Positions 1 through 9,739 of a stretch of 32,000 nt of DNA are shown in pieces. The translations under genes were made by a program, and so were the position numbers. Source of the stretch: Mycolicibacterium smegmatis. Its GTDB lineage: Bacteria > Actinomycetota > Actinomycetes > Mycobacteriales > Mycobacteriaceae. Within the stretch, counting starts at the first letter, position 1. Each line of letters begins with the position of its first letter. The DNA is taken from the NCBI RefSeq assembly GCF_001457595.1, contig NZ_LN831039.1, positions 5,400,001 to 5,432,000 of the forward strand, in the 5' to 3' direction. Below the pieces are notes generated by a model that worked only from the letters and a program-made list of their open reading frames with translations, ran no database searches and was not told where the DNA came from.

Positions 1-155
1 CCCAGGGCCGTGATCTCGTCGGCGGTCTGCTGTGCACGGTCGCGGTTGCCGGCATAGTGCACGGCCACAGCCATCCCCGCACGTGCCAACCGCACTGCGA
101 CGTCATGGCCGATACCGCCGGATGCTCCGGTGATGATGGCTACGCGCTGGGTCAT
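1..155 (-). CDS. short-chain dehydrogenase/reductase (SDR), N-terminal ~51 codons only; gene continues past the window start
   Basis: Minus-strand ATG at 153-155, then MTQRVAIITGASGGIGHDVAVRLARAGMAVAVHYAGNRDRAQQTADEITAL. The TGxxxGIG Rossmann motif is typical of classical SDRs. Confidence 0.8.
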   Translation of the reverse strand, partial: MTQRVAIITGASGGIGHDVAVRLARAGMAVAVHYAGNRDRAQQTADEITAL

Positions 156-235
156 GTCGTTCTCCGTCCGTATATGTACGATAAGTTCATATATGTCCAA
201 GTAGGTGGGGCCACCAGATATTCCGGAGGTGACGG

Positions 236-826
236 TTGACCACCAACCCGCGTCGCGGCCGCGGCCGCAGGCCCGCGCAGGACGTGCGCCGCGATGTCCT
301 CGCAGCCGTGGCCGATCTGCTGTTCACGGAGGGCATGGCGGGATTCACCATCGACAAGGTCGCCGCGCGCTCTGGAGTCAGCAAGGTGACGATCTACAAA
401 TGGTGGCCGTCGAAGGGCGCACTGGCGCTCGACGGATATTTCGCAAAGGTCGAGCCGCGGTTGGCATTTCCCGACACCGGCGACATCGAGGCCGATCTGC
501 GGTCGCAGTTGCACGCGTTCCTGCGCGTCATCCGCGACACCCCGGCAGGTACTGTGATCGCCGAGCTCATCGGAGGCGCCCAGACCGATCCGGAGCTCAA
601 AGCCGCGTTCATGCAACGGTATTCGGGGCCTCGGCGCAGCTTCGCGGTGGCGGCGATGCGGCGTGCACAAGAGCGTGGTCAGCTTGCCGCGCATGTCGAC
701 CCGGAAACCGTGATCGACCAGCTGTGGGGCGCGTGCTACAACCGCCTGCTGGTTCCCGATCAGCCGTTGAGCGAACAGTTCGTGGACGCCTTGCTGGACA
801 ACCTGTTCCGCGGCATCGGGGCCTGA
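236..826 (+). CDS. TetR/AcrR-family transcriptional regulator
   Basis: 196-aa ORF with TTG start 6 nt after GGAGG (225-229). N-terminal HTH VLAAVADLLFTEGMAGFTIDKVAARSGVSKVTIYKWWPSKGAL matches the TetR_N signature. Divergent from the SDR gene. Confidence 0.9.
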   Translation: MTTNPRRGRGRRPAQDVRRDVLAAVADLLFTEGMAGFTIDKVAARSGVSKVTIYKWWPSKGALALDGYFAKVEPRLAFPDTGDIEADLRSQLHAFLRVIRDTPAGTVIAELIGGAQTDPELKAAFMQRYSGPRRSFAVAAMRRAQERGQLAAHVDPETVIDQLWGACYNRLLVPDQPLSEQFVDALLDNLFRGIGA

Positions 827-848
827 GCACAGCATCGGCAGACGCGGA

Positions 849-884
849 AGAGGCCCGGCCGTGAGCGGGTACGGCCGGGCCTCT
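849..884. terminator. hairpin between convergent TetR and dctA genes (probable bidirectional terminator)
   Basis: Perfect 13-bp stem agaggcccggccg (849-861) / cggccgggcctct (872-884) around the 10-nt loop tgagcgggta. Lies between the stop codons at 826 and 928. Confidence 0.6.
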
Positions 885-927
885 GGCCCATCGGGCGCGA
901 GCGCGGAAGGGGGTAGCTCGGCGCCGG

Positions 928-2301
928 TCAGGCCGGTGTGGCAGCCGGCTCCTTCTCCGGCGCCGCAGTTTGGTGATCGTCGACCATGGTCAGTTCGTCG
1001 AACGGGTCGTCGCCGCCGAGCACGGCGTCGACCTTGTCCTTGTCGATGGTGTGGGTCCACGACCCGACCAGGATGGTCGCCACGGCGTTGCCCGAGAAGT
1101 TGGTCACCGCACGCGCTTCCGACATGAACCGGTCGATGCCCACGATCAGACCGACGCCGTCGAGCAGGTCGGGACGGTGTGCCTGCAGCCCGCCGGCCAG
1201 CGTGGCCAGGCCCGCGCCGGTGACGCCTGCCGCGCCCTTGGACGCGACGATCATGAACACCAGCAGGCCGATCTGCTCGGTCACCGACAGCGGATCACCC
1301 AGCGCGCCCGCGATGAAAAGCGAGGCCATGGTCAGGTAGATCGCGGTGCCGTCGAGGTTGAACGAGTAGCCGGTGGGCACCACGACGCCGACGGTGCTGC
1401 GGTCGACCCCGAGGTGCTCCATCTTCGCGATGAGTCGGGGCAGGGCGGACTCCGACGACGACGTCGACACGATCAGCAGGTACTCGCGTGCCAGGTAGCG
1501 CACCAGCTTGAAGATCGACACCCCGGCGACCGCGCGCATCAGCACACCCAGCACACCGAACACGAACACGAAGCACGTGACGTAGAAGCCGAACATCAAC
1601 GCCAGCAACTGGGTCACGGCGGTCCAGCCGGTCTGACCGACGACGTTGGCAATCGCACCGAAGGCGCCGATCGGGGCCAGCCACAGGATCATCGCGAGCA
1701 CCTTGAACACGAGCTTCTGCAGATGGACGATGCCGCGCAGGACCGGCTCGCCCGCGCTGCCCATGGCCTGCAGCGCGAAACCGACCAGCAGCGCCACGAA
1801 CAGCGCCTGCAGCACGCTGCCCGCGGTCAGCGCCGAGAACAGGGTTTCGGGGATGATGCCCTGCACGAAGTCCATCAGGCCGCCGGCCTCGTGGGCGGTC
1901 TCGGCCAGTTCGGCACCCTTGCCCGCGGCGCTCTCGGTCAGGTGCATGCCGGTGCCCGGGTGCAGCACGTTGCCCACCACCAGGCCGATCGCGAGCGCGA
2001 AGGTGCTCATCACCAGGAAGTACGTGAAGGCCAGCCCTCCGACCTTGCCGACCGTGGCGGCTTTGCGCACCGATCCGATGCCGAGAACGATGGTGCAGAA
2101 GATGACCGGGCCGATCATCATCTTGATCAGGTTGACGAACATCGTGCCGAGTACGCCGACGCTCTTGCCCACCTCAGGGGCCAGAAGTCCCACCGCGACA
2201 CCGGCCACGACGGCGACGATGACCGCGATGTAGAGCCAGTGGGTACGGTCGCGCCGGCGCGGCGGCGCCGGTTCCGGTTGACGGTCCAGGGTGGTGCTCA
2301 T
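928..2301 (-). CDS. dctA: C4-dicarboxylate/amino acid:cation symporter (DAACS family, DctA-like)
   Basis: 457-aa ORF. HWLYIAVIVAVVAGVAVGLLAPE...VGVLGTMFVNLIKMMIGPVIFCTIVLGIGS and later SSSESALPRLIAKME and GYSFNLDGTAIY match DctA/GltP-type transporters. GGAGG lies upstream of the ATG at 2301. Confidence 0.9.
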   Translation of the reverse strand: MSTTLDRQPEPAPPRRRDRTHWLYIAVIVAVVAGVAVGLLAPEVGKSVGVLGTMFVNLIKMMIGPVIFCTIVLGIGSVRKAATVGKVGGLAFTYFLVMSTFALAIGLVVGNVLHPGTGMHLTESAAGKGAELAETAHEAGGLMDFVQGIIPETLFSALTAGSVLQALFVALLVGFALQAMGSAGEPVLRGIVHLQKLVFKVLAMILWLAPIGAFGAIANVVGQTGWTAVTQLLALMFGFYVTCFVFVFGVLGVLMRAVAGVSIFKLVRYLAREYLLIVSTSSSESALPRLIAKMEHLGVDRSTVGVVVPTGYSFNLDGTAIYLTMASLFIAGALGDPLSVTEQIGLLVFMIVASKGAAGVTGAGLATLAGGLQAHRPDLLDGVGLIVGIDRFMSEARAVTNFSGNAVATILVGSWTHTIDKDKVDAVLGGDDPFDELTMVDDHQTAAPEKEPAATPA

Positions 2302-2479
2302 GAGCGGACTACCTCCAACTTCGACATCTCATGCGGTGTTGGAAGTAGGTTCGATGACGAAGTGAGGCAAGTCACGTTTTAGTTCATTAGTTTCAGGACC
2401 GTTGCGCTGAAAGGTTCTGGCCAACTGGACAAAGCTGGGAGGTGATTCCCATACGATCGGCCAAAAATTTCGGTTCACC

Positions 2480-2501
2480 GTCCTGATTTCATGATCAGGA
2501 C
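2480..2501. promoter_or_regulatory. candidate operator: 8-bp inverted repeat in the dctA-putP divergent region
   Basis: gtcctgat-ttcatg-atcaggac, perfect 8-bp arms with a 6-nt spacer, about 48 nt upstream of the putP ATG in a visibly AT-richer intergenic stretch. Confidence 0.35.
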
Positions 2502-2548
2502 ACATCACACACATCACAGGTCCCGCCGACGGAACGAGACTCCTCCAG

Positions 2549-4075
2549 ATGTCCGACCTCACGTTTCAGATGATCGCGATCGGGCTGTACTTCGCCATGA
2601 TGCTCGCGATCGGCTATTACGCCTTCCGGCGCACGAGCGACCTCGACGACTACATGCTCGGTGGGCGCAAACTGCTACCCGGCGTCGCGGCGCTGTCCGC
2701 GGGCGCCTCGGACATGTCCGGCTGGCTGCTGCTGGGTGTGCCCGGCGCCATCTACGCCTCCGGCCTGTTCGAGTCGTGGATCGTGATCGGCCTGGTGGTC
2801 GGAGCCTGGCTGAACTGGAAGTTCGTCGCGCCGCGACTGCGGGCGTACACCGAGATCGCGAACAACTCGATCACCGTGCCGAGCTTCTTCGAGAACAGGC
2901 TGCGTGACCATTCGCATGTGCTGCGGATCGCGGCAGGCGCGATCATCCTGGTCTTCTTCACGTTCTACGTGTCGTCCGGGATGGTCGCAGGTGGCGTGTT
3001 CTTCGAGACGTCGTTCGGGTCGTCGTATCTGGTGGGCATGCTGGTGGTCGCGGGAGTCACGTTGTGCTACACGCTGTTCGGCGGTTTCCTCGGCGCATCG
3101 CTCACCGACGTCGCGCAGGCCCTGCTGATGTTCGCCGCGCTCGTCACCATCCCCGTCGTCACGATCATCGTCACCGGCGGCCCCGGTGCGGTGATCGATC
3201 TGGTCCACTCCGCCGACGCCGCGCAGAGCATCGCCGGTGACGAGATGCACCGCACCTCACTGTTCTTCGGCGGAGGCTTCCTCGCCATCGTCTCCGCGGC
3301 CGCGTGGGGACTCGGCTACTTCGGTCAACCGCACATCATCGTGCGGTTCATGGCCATGCGGTCGGCCGCCGACGCCAAGGCCGGCCGGCGAATCGGCATC
3401 AGCTGGATGATCCTCACCGCCATCGGCGCGATCACCACGGGTTTCGCGGGCCTGGCGTACTTCTTCCGCGAGGGCGTCACGCTCGACAATCCCGAGACCG
3501 TGTTCCTGCGCCTGGCGCAGGTTCTGTTCCACCCGTTTGTCGCGGGTGTCGTGCTCGCCGCGGTGCTGGCGGCCATCATGTCGACGATCTCGTCGCAACT
3601 CATCGTGTGCTCGTCGGCTCTGGTCGAGGACATCTACCGCGCGTTCGGCAAAGAGGCCAGCCCCACGAGGCTGGTCACCTACGGCCGCCTCGGCGTGCTG
3701 ACGGTCGCGGTGGTGGCGATCCTGTTGGCGCTCAACCCAGATGGCACGATCCTCGATCTCGTCGGGTTCGCCTGGGCCGGCTTCGGCGCCGCGTTCGGTC
3801 CCTTGATCCTGCTGTCGCTGTTCTGGCGCAGACTCACCTCGGCCGGTGCGATCGCAGGCATGATCGCCGGTGCCGTGGTGGTCGGCATCTGGGGCCAGAC
3901 CGAGGCGCTGTCGAGCGCGATGTACGAGATCGTTCCCGGTTTCATCGCGTGTCTCGTGGTGGCTGTGGCGGTCTCGTTGTTCACCGCGCGCGAGGATGAC
4001 GAGATCCAGCGCGAGTTCACCGAGATGGCCGAGAAGGCGAGTGCGCCCATGGGTGAACCCGCTGCATCTGCCTGA
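2549..4075 (+). CDS. putP: sodium/proline symporter (SSS family)
   Basis: 508-aa ORF. The N-terminus YFAMMLAIGYYAFRRTSDLDDYMLGGRKLLPGVAALSAGASDMSGWLLLGVPGAIYASGL aligns closely with PutP. About 12-13 hydrophobic segments. Confidence 0.9.
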   Translation: MSDLTFQMIAIGLYFAMMLAIGYYAFRRTSDLDDYMLGGRKLLPGVAALSAGASDMSGWLLLGVPGAIYASGLFESWIVIGLVVGAWLNWKFVAPRLRAYTEIANNSITVPSFFENRLRDHSHVLRIAAGAIILVFFTFYVSSGMVAGGVFFETSFGSSYLVGMLVVAGVTLCYTLFGGFLGASLTDVAQALLMFAALVTIPVVTIIVTGGPGAVIDLVHSADAAQSIAGDEMHRTSLFFGGGFLAIVSAAAWGLGYFGQPHIIVRFMAMRSAADAKAGRRIGISWMILTAIGAITTGFAGLAYFFREGVTLDNPETVFLRLAQVLFHPFVAGVVLAAVLAAIMSTISSQLIVCSSALVEDIYRAFGKEASPTRLVTYGRLGVLTVAVVAILLALNPDGTILDLVGFAWAGFGAAFGPLILLSLFWRRLTSAGAIAGMIAGAVVVGIWGQTEALSSAMYEIVPGFIACLVVAVAVSLFTAREDDEIQREFTEMAEKASAPMGEPAASA

Positions 4076-4165
4076 ATCCGGCACGCCGGATCCTCGAGGA
4101 TGTTCCGCGCCGGCATCGGAGGCGTCACGATGTAGTTCGTAGACGTCCGAGAACCCGGAGGTGCG

Positions 4166-5749
4166 GTGTCAGGCTGGCGACCCGAACTGTTGGCCCGCTC
4201 GTGGCCGCGGTCCCTGGCCGGTCAGGCGATCGCCCTGCAGGTCATCGTGGTCGCGGTGGTCGTGCTGGCGGGCAGCGTGCTGGCGGTTTACGACGCCCGC
4301 CGCGACGGCGAGGAGAACGCACGCGATCAGGTGGTCGGTATCGCGACCGCACTCGCCGACTCGCCGTCCACGGCCGAGGCCATCGAGTCCGGGCATGCGA
4401 CCGAGATCCTGCAGCCCGTCACCGAGGCCGTACGCACCGGCACCGGCATCGCGTTCATCACCATCATGTCCCCCGACGGCATCCGGTTCACCCACACCGA
4501 TCCCAGCCAGATCGGGGGCCACTATCTGGGCACCATCGACCCGGCGCTACGGGGCGAGACGTACACCGAGATCTACACCGGCACCCTTGGCCCGTCGGTG
4601 CGGGCCATCGTGCCGGTACGCGACGCCGACGGGAACATCGTCGGGCTGGTGTCGGCGGGCATCACGACGCAGACCCTCGCACAGCGGTGGCGCGGTCAGC
4701 TCGTCACGATCGCCGCGGTCACCGCGTGTGCCCTTGTGCTGTCGCTGATCGGGGTGTGGGCCATCCGGCGCAGGCTGCTGCGGCAGACCCACGGCCTGCG
4801 GCCCGACGAGCTGCGCGTGATGTACGACCATCACGACGCGATCCTGCATTCGGTGTCCGAGGGGCTCATCGTGCTGGACGGGGGCGGCGTGGCGCTGGTC
4901 AACGACGAGGCGCGGCGGTTGCTGGGACTTCCCCCCGGACCGGTGCGGCTCGACGACCTGCCCGGGTTTCTGCGCAGTCACGATCCTGGCGCGCGCGACG
5001 AGCTGCACGTCACCGACGAGCGCGTGCTGGTGGTCAACCGCGCCAGGGTCGCCGACACCGGATCCGAGGTGGTCACCATCCGCGACCGCACCGAATTGCA
5101 GGGCGCGCTGGGCGAACTCAGCTCGCTGCAGGTGCTCACCGATTCGCTGCGCGCGCAGGCACACGAATCGGCGAACAAGCTGCACACCGTGATCACCATG
5201 GTGGAGATGGGCCGCCCGCAGGATGCGGTGCGGTTCGCGACCAGCGAATTGGAGCTCTCCCAGCGGCTCGTCGACCGGTTGTCCGAGGCGGTGAGCGAAC
5301 CCGCACTGGTGGCGCTGCTGCTCGGCAAGACCGCGCAGGCCGACGAGCGCGGTATCGCGCTCACGGTCACCGAGGACACGCAGTTGTCCGACGAGACCGT
5401 GCTGTCCGGGCCGGAGCTGGTGACGGTGCTGGGTAACCTCATCGACAATGCGATGGACGCCTGCGACCGCGACGACCCCTGGATCGAGGTCACGGTGACC
5501 TCCGACGACGACCAACTGCTCATCACGGTCGCCGACAGCGGTCCCGGCATGGATCCGGACACCTTCGAGAAGGCCACGCAGCGCGGATATTCCACCAAGG
5601 CCGACACATCCGGCCACGGTCTGGGCCTGGCACTGGTCGCGCAGGTGGTCAACAAGCACGGCGGAACCCTGCACGCCGACGTCACCTACGGTTCGGTGGT
5701 GACCGTGACCGTTCCGATCCCCGAACGCGTCGGCGGTGGTCACGCGTGA
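4166..5749 (+). CDS. sensor histidine kinase, CitA/DcuS family
   Basis: GTG start after GGAGG (4157-4161). Two TM segments (AIALQVIVVAVVVLAGSVLAV; LVTIAAVTACALVLSLIGVWAI) flank an extracytoplasmic domain, followed by a PAS-like region. His box ESANKLHTVITMVEMG; ATPase boxes GNLIDNAMDA, DSGPGM, GHGLGLALV. Confidence 0.9.
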   Translation: MSGWRPELLARSWPRSLAGQAIALQVIVVAVVVLAGSVLAVYDARRDGEENARDQVVGIATALADSPSTAEAIESGHATEILQPVTEAVRTGTGIAFITIMSPDGIRFTHTDPSQIGGHYLGTIDPALRGETYTEIYTGTLGPSVRAIVPVRDADGNIVGLVSAGITTQTLAQRWRGQLVTIAAVTACALVLSLIGVWAIRRRLLRQTHGLRPDELRVMYDHHDAILHSVSEGLIVLDGGGVALVNDEARRLLGLPPGPVRLDDLPGFLRSHDPGARDELHVTDERVLVVNRARVADTGSEVVTIRDRTELQGALGELSSLQVLTDSLRAQAHESANKLHTVITMVEMGRPQDAVRFATSELELSQRLVDRLSEAVSEPALVALLLGKTAQADERGIALTVTEDTQLSDETVLSGPELVTVLGNLIDNAMDACDRDDPWIEVTVTSDDDQLLITVADSGPGMDPDTFEKATQRGYSTKADTSGHGLGLALVAQVVNKHGGTLHADVTYGSVVTVTVPIPERVGGGHA

Positions 5750-6438
5750 CCATCACGGTGCTCGTCGTCGAGGACGAACCGCTCATTGCCGAGGCCCACC
5801 AGACGTATCTGGGCCGGCTCGAAGGATTTTCGATCGCCGCCGTGGTGCACACCGCACGCGACGCGATGCGCGCGGCCTCGGAGGCCTCGGCCTCGGCGCA
5901 CCCGATCGACCTGGTGCTGCTCGACATCGGCCTGCCGGACGCGAACGGGATCGCGCTGGCGTCGGCACTGTCCGGGCTGCGGCCCGCGCCCGACATCATC
6001 GCGATCACCTCCGAACGTGACCTCGAGATGGTGCGCGCCGCGGTGGCCCACGGCGCGCTGGCGTATCTGCTCAAACCGTTCACGTTCGCGGCGTTCCGTG
6101 ACCGCCTCGAACGCTATCGCCGCTACCGCGAGGCGCTGCCCGCGGGCACCGCGGCGGCCAGCCAGGCCGAGGTCGACCGCGCGCTGGCCGAATTACGCGT
6201 CGCCACCGACAAATCCACCTCTCCCAAGGGCGCGGCCCCGCAGACCACCGACGAGATCGCGCGCGCGGTGCGTGACGAACCCGAGGGCCTCACGGCCGAC
6301 GAGGTGGCCAAACGAGTCGGCGTCTCACGCGTCACGGCATGGCGTTACCTCGAACGCCTCGCCGACGAGAACGCCGTCGCCCGCAACACCGAGTACGGCA
6401 AGGCCGGCCGCCCCCGCACGCGCTACCAGTGGCGCTGA
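5746..6438 (+). CDS. response regulator, CitB/DcuR family
   Basis: GTG start overlaps the kinase TGA (GTGA at 5746-5749). Receiver motifs VLVVEDEPLI, LVLLDIGLPDANG, LLKPF; C-terminal HTH EVAKRVGVSRVTAWRYLERL. Confidence 0.9.
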   Translation: MTITVLVVEDEPLIAEAHQTYLGRLEGFSIAAVVHTARDAMRAASEASASAHPIDLVLLDIGLPDANGIALASALSGLRPAPDIIAITSERDLEMVRAAVAHGALAYLLKPFTFAAFRDRLERYRRYREALPAGTAAASQAEVDRALAELRVATDKSTSPKGAAPQTTDEIARAVRDEPEGLTADEVAKRVGVSRVTAWRYLERLADENAVARNTEYGKAGRPRTRYQWR

Positions 6439-7826
6439 GCCAGTTCGTCTCGGACCATCTCGGCACCCCGCTCGGCGATCGCGTAGACCGTCGCCACGAT
6501 GTTGTTGGACGGAAGCGACGGCATGACCGACGCATCGATCACCCGCAGGCCATCGGTGCCACGCACCCGGAGCCTGCTGTCGACGACCGACATCTTCGAC
6601 TCCCCCAGCGCACATGTCCCCACCGGATGGAACCAATTTCCTCCGGTCGTCCTGATGTACTCACGCAACCGGTCCTCGTCGGTGATGTGCGCGCCCGGGG
6701 CGAGTTCTTCGGCGAGCCACGGCCGCAATTCTGGTGACGCGCCGATCTGCCGGGCGACGTCGAGGCCGTCGAGCATGGTTTTCATGTCGCGCTCGTCCTC
6801 GAGATGGTGCGGGTTCACCACGGGCGGCACTTCGGCGGTGAGCCCGGCCAACCGGACCGTGCCGCGGCTGTATGGGTGCATGGGCGAGACGCCGATGAAG
6901 CACGTCTCGACGCCGAACACCGCGCCGGTGGCCCCGGCCGTATCGGCGCAGCGGATCTGCAGGTCAGGCGCGCCGCCGGGCGAGCCGGTGTGCAGCAGGC
7001 CCATCATCTCCGCGCGGTGGTCTGACACCGGAAGCGGTTGGGCCGCAACGTAGACGATGCCCGCCAGTGGGTGGTACTGCAGGTTGGCGCCAATGCCGGG
7101 CAGGTCCACCAGGACATCCGCGTCCAGTTCGCGGAGATGCCGGGCCGGGCCGATACCCGAGAGCATCAGCAGTTGCGGTGAGCAGACGGCCCCGGCTGCG
7201 AGCACCACCTCTCGTGCAGCCGTCACCGTGACGAGCTTGGAGTTTCAGCGGTATTCGACGCCCACGGCGCGATTGCGGTCCAACAGGACCCGTTGCACGG
7301 TGGCCGCGGTGATCACCGTGAGGTTGTCGCGGCCGAGTGCGGGGGCCAGGTACGGGTCAGCGGCGCTCTCCCGCGGGCCGTCGACGAGATCGACCGGCCC
7401 GAACCCGGTTTCGAGTCCACCGCTGATGTCGTCGGCCGCGGAGAAGCCTCGCTCCACCGCGGCGCGTCGGAACGCGAGCATCAACGGACTCAACCGGTCC
7501 GCGGGTCCGACCAGAAGTGGCCCGCGATCACCCCGCAAAGCCGGATCTCCGTGCGTGGCGGTCTCCGAGCGCATGAAGTACGGCAGCAGATCGGCGAAAC
7601 CCCAGCCGTACCCGCCGAACTGGTTCCAGTCGGTGTAGCTCGCATGATGGCCGCGCGCGAACACCGTGGCATCGGTCGCCGACGATCCGCCGGCGCGCGG
7701 CGGCATGCCCGGCACCGACGCGTCCTTTTCGAGCAACAGCACCTCGATTTCCGGATCCTCGGACAGCCGTGCCGCCACGACCCGTCCTGAGGTGCCGCCG
7801 CCCACGACGATGACGTCGTACGACAT
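6423..7826 (-). pseudogene. GMC-family FAD oxidoreductase (choline dehydrogenase-like) interrupted by an in-frame TGA
   Basis: Two ORFs (7245-7838 and 6423-7226) are in the same frame, separated only by TGA at 7245-7247 plus 6 sense codons: ...[42 protein letters not shown]. N-terminal DVIVVGGGTSG FAD motif and C-terminal FHPVGTC active-site region are present. The segment between LLLEKD and GGSS looks about 40 aa shorter than in BetA-type enzymes. GGGAG SD sits before the ATG at 7826. Confidence 0.65.
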
Positions 7827-7912
7827 CGCAACTCCCATGTTTCCGCTGTTACTAAAATCTCCGTTAACAACGACAACGACGCTGCTACGGTTCGGCTGTT
7901 AACGTTGGAAAC

Positions 7913-8626
7913 ATGGCAAAGGCGACCAGTTCGGTGCTCCCACCCGCCGAGCGGATTCTGGCGGCGGCCGCGGACCTGCTGCGCGCCGGCGGCATCGACG
8001 CGGTGTCCACACGCGCGGTCGCCACCGAGGCCGGCGTGCAGCCACCAACCATCTACCGCCAGTTCGGCGACAAGGACGGACTTCTCGATGCCGTCACCCG
8101 CCACGTCCTGGAGGGCTACATCGACCGCAAACGGTTGCTCACGGACCCGGATGCCGATCCGGCCGTCGTCCTGCGCGAATTGTGGGATCTTCACGTCGAA
8201 TTCGGTATGCAGCAACCGCACTGCTACCTACTGACGTACGGCCAGGGCAGGCGGACCTCGGCGGCCGACGAGACCGTCGCGATCCTCCGCGAGGTGATCG
8301 GCCGTCTCGGCGCCGCGGGACGGCTCACCATGAGCGTGCGCCGCGCCACCGACTACTTCCGCGCGAGCGGAACGGGTTTCGTGATGTCCCAGCTGAGCCT
8401 TGCCCCGCAGGAGCGCGACCAGGAACTGTCGGGGATCATCTTCGAGGCCACCCTCGCCGCGGTCAGCACCGATGGCAGACGCGGCCGCGGGCGCAAGGCG
8501 AACGATGTGCGGGCACGTGCGGTGGCGCTACGCGAGGCACTGCCGGAATCCGGCACGTCGGCGCTCAGCGCTGCCGAGCAGGGCCTGCTCGCCGAGTGGC
8601 TGAACCGACTCGCCGACCAGTCCTGA
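7913..8626 (+). CDS. TetR-family transcriptional regulator
   Basis: 237-aa [49 protein letters not shown] is a TetR_N HTH. Divergent from the GMC gene. Confidence 0.85.
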   Translation: MAKATSSVLPPAERILAAAADLLRAGGIDAVSTRAVATEAGVQPPTIYRQFGDKDGLLDAVTRHVLEGYIDRKRLLTDPDADPAVVLRELWDLHVEFGMQQPHCYLLTYGQGRRTSAADETVAILREVIGRLGAAGRLTMSVRRATDYFRASGTGFVMSQLSLAPQERDQELSGIIFEATLAAVSTDGRRGRGRKANDVRARAVALREALPESGTSALSAAEQGLLAEWLNRLADQS

Positions 8627-8632
8627 CGGGTC

Positions 8633-9739
8633 TCAGGCGGTCTGCAGTGACGGCAGCACCGCCGCACCGGCCTGCCGCGGCTCGGAGGCGACCAGCCGCG
8701 AGTACAGCGCGGGCAGTTCGGCGGCGACGTCGAACGCGTTGACCTGACCGCTGTAGTCGGCGACGTACACACGCGCACCGTCGCGACGCACGGCGACCGC
8801 CGCGGGCTGCACGCCCACGTCGATGCTGCCGAGGATCTCGTTGGTCAGCGTGCACAGCACGATCACGCGGTCGTAATCCACCACGTACGCGCGAGTGGCG
8901 TCCGGGCTGAGCACCAGTTGCGTTGGCGCTCCGCCGATCTGGATGGCGCCGACGACGGCCGCGGTGGACAGGTCGACGATGTGCACCACACCGCGGCGCT
9001 GCCGGTCCGATGTCAGCACCAGGGCCTTGCCGTCTGCGCCGAGGGCCAGATCGCGGATCGGGGCGCCGATCCACACGGTCGATTCGATCTGGGCGGTCTC
9101 GATGTTCACCGTGACCATGCGGCTGCCCCGCGGATCGGTGGTGGCCACGTACAGGCGCTTGCCGCTCGCGTCGACGCGCAGCGCGTCGACGCCGGCACCC
9201 GCGCCGCTCGCGAGGTCGATGGTCCCGACGCGCTCGGCAGCCGTGTCGATGACGGCGACGTCGATGCGGTCGTGACCGCTGCGGCCGACGAAGACACGCT
9301 TGCCGTCGGGGCTCATGGCGAGCGCGGTGACCGTCATGGCCAGCGGGTACTCGGCGAGCACCGAACCGGTGATGGTGTCGACAACCTTGATGGCGTCGTG
9401 ACCGGCGGTGACGACGGAGACGTAGGCACGGTCGTCGGCGGCGGCGACCGCGAACGGCTCGCCGTTGAGGCGGACCGAGCCGACCGGGGCCAGGGTGTAC
9501 GGGTTGATCACGGTCAGGCAGTCGGCCGCGGAGTTGGTGACCACGATGGTCTCGCGGTCGGCGTCGATCGCGATGTCGGCGATCGGTCCGCGTCCGACTT
9601 CGACGAGGCCCGCGACGTCGAGATCATCCAGCGCGCCGTCGAACGTGACGCTGCCCGCCGAATCGTCGGTGTCGGGAGTCTTCGCGTCGCGTCGCACGAT
9701 GGCGGTGATCGCGCGCAGGATGTTCTTTGCCATGGTCAT
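8633..9739 (-). CDS. YVTN/YncE-type beta-propeller repeat protein, no signal peptide
   Basis: ATG at 9739 lies 5 nt after a minus-strand GGAGG (9745-9749). Repeated ~40-aa blades: AYVSVVTAGHDAIKVVDTITGSV, RVFVGRSGHDRIDVAVIDTAAERV, RLYVATTDPRGSRMVTVNIETAQI, RAYVVDYDRVIVLCTLTNEI, RVYVADYSGQVNAFDV. Confidence 0.8.
   Translation of the reverse strand: MTMAKNILRAITAIVRRDAKTPDTDDSAGSVTFDGALDDLDVAGLVEVGRGPIADIAIDADRETIVVTNSAADCLTVINPYTLAPVGSVRLNGEPFAVAAADDRAYVSVVTAGHDAIKVVDTITGSVLAEYPLAMTVTALAMSPDGKRVFVGRSGHDRIDVAVIDTAAERVGTIDLASGAGAGVDALRVDASGKRLYVATTDPRGSRMVTVNIETAQIESTVWIGAPIRDLALGADGKALVLTSDRQRRGVVHIVDLSTAAVVGAIQIGGAPTQLVLSPDATRAYVVDYDRVIVLCTLTNEILGSIDVGVQPAAVAVRRDGARVYVADYSGQVNAFDVAAELPALYSRLVASEPRQAGAAVLPSLQTA

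Noticed and set aside
970-2382. 470-aa plus-strand ORF antisense to dctA. Similar long antisense ORFs lie at 14517-15956, 19477-21084 and 21446-22861.
   Set aside because: The translations are Arg/Gly/His/Asp-rich low-complexity strings with no recognisable domain. The opposite strand in each case encodes a complete, well-recognised protein. Long stop-free antisense frames are expected in high-GC DNA.
7245-7247. In-frame TGA in the GMC oxidoreductase as a selenocysteine or programmed read-through codon.
   Set aside because: GMC oxidoreductases are not selenoproteins and the position is in a variable loop. The only nearby structure (cgtcacggtgacg) has essentially no loop and does not resemble a bacterial SECIS. 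The gene also shows other signs of decay.
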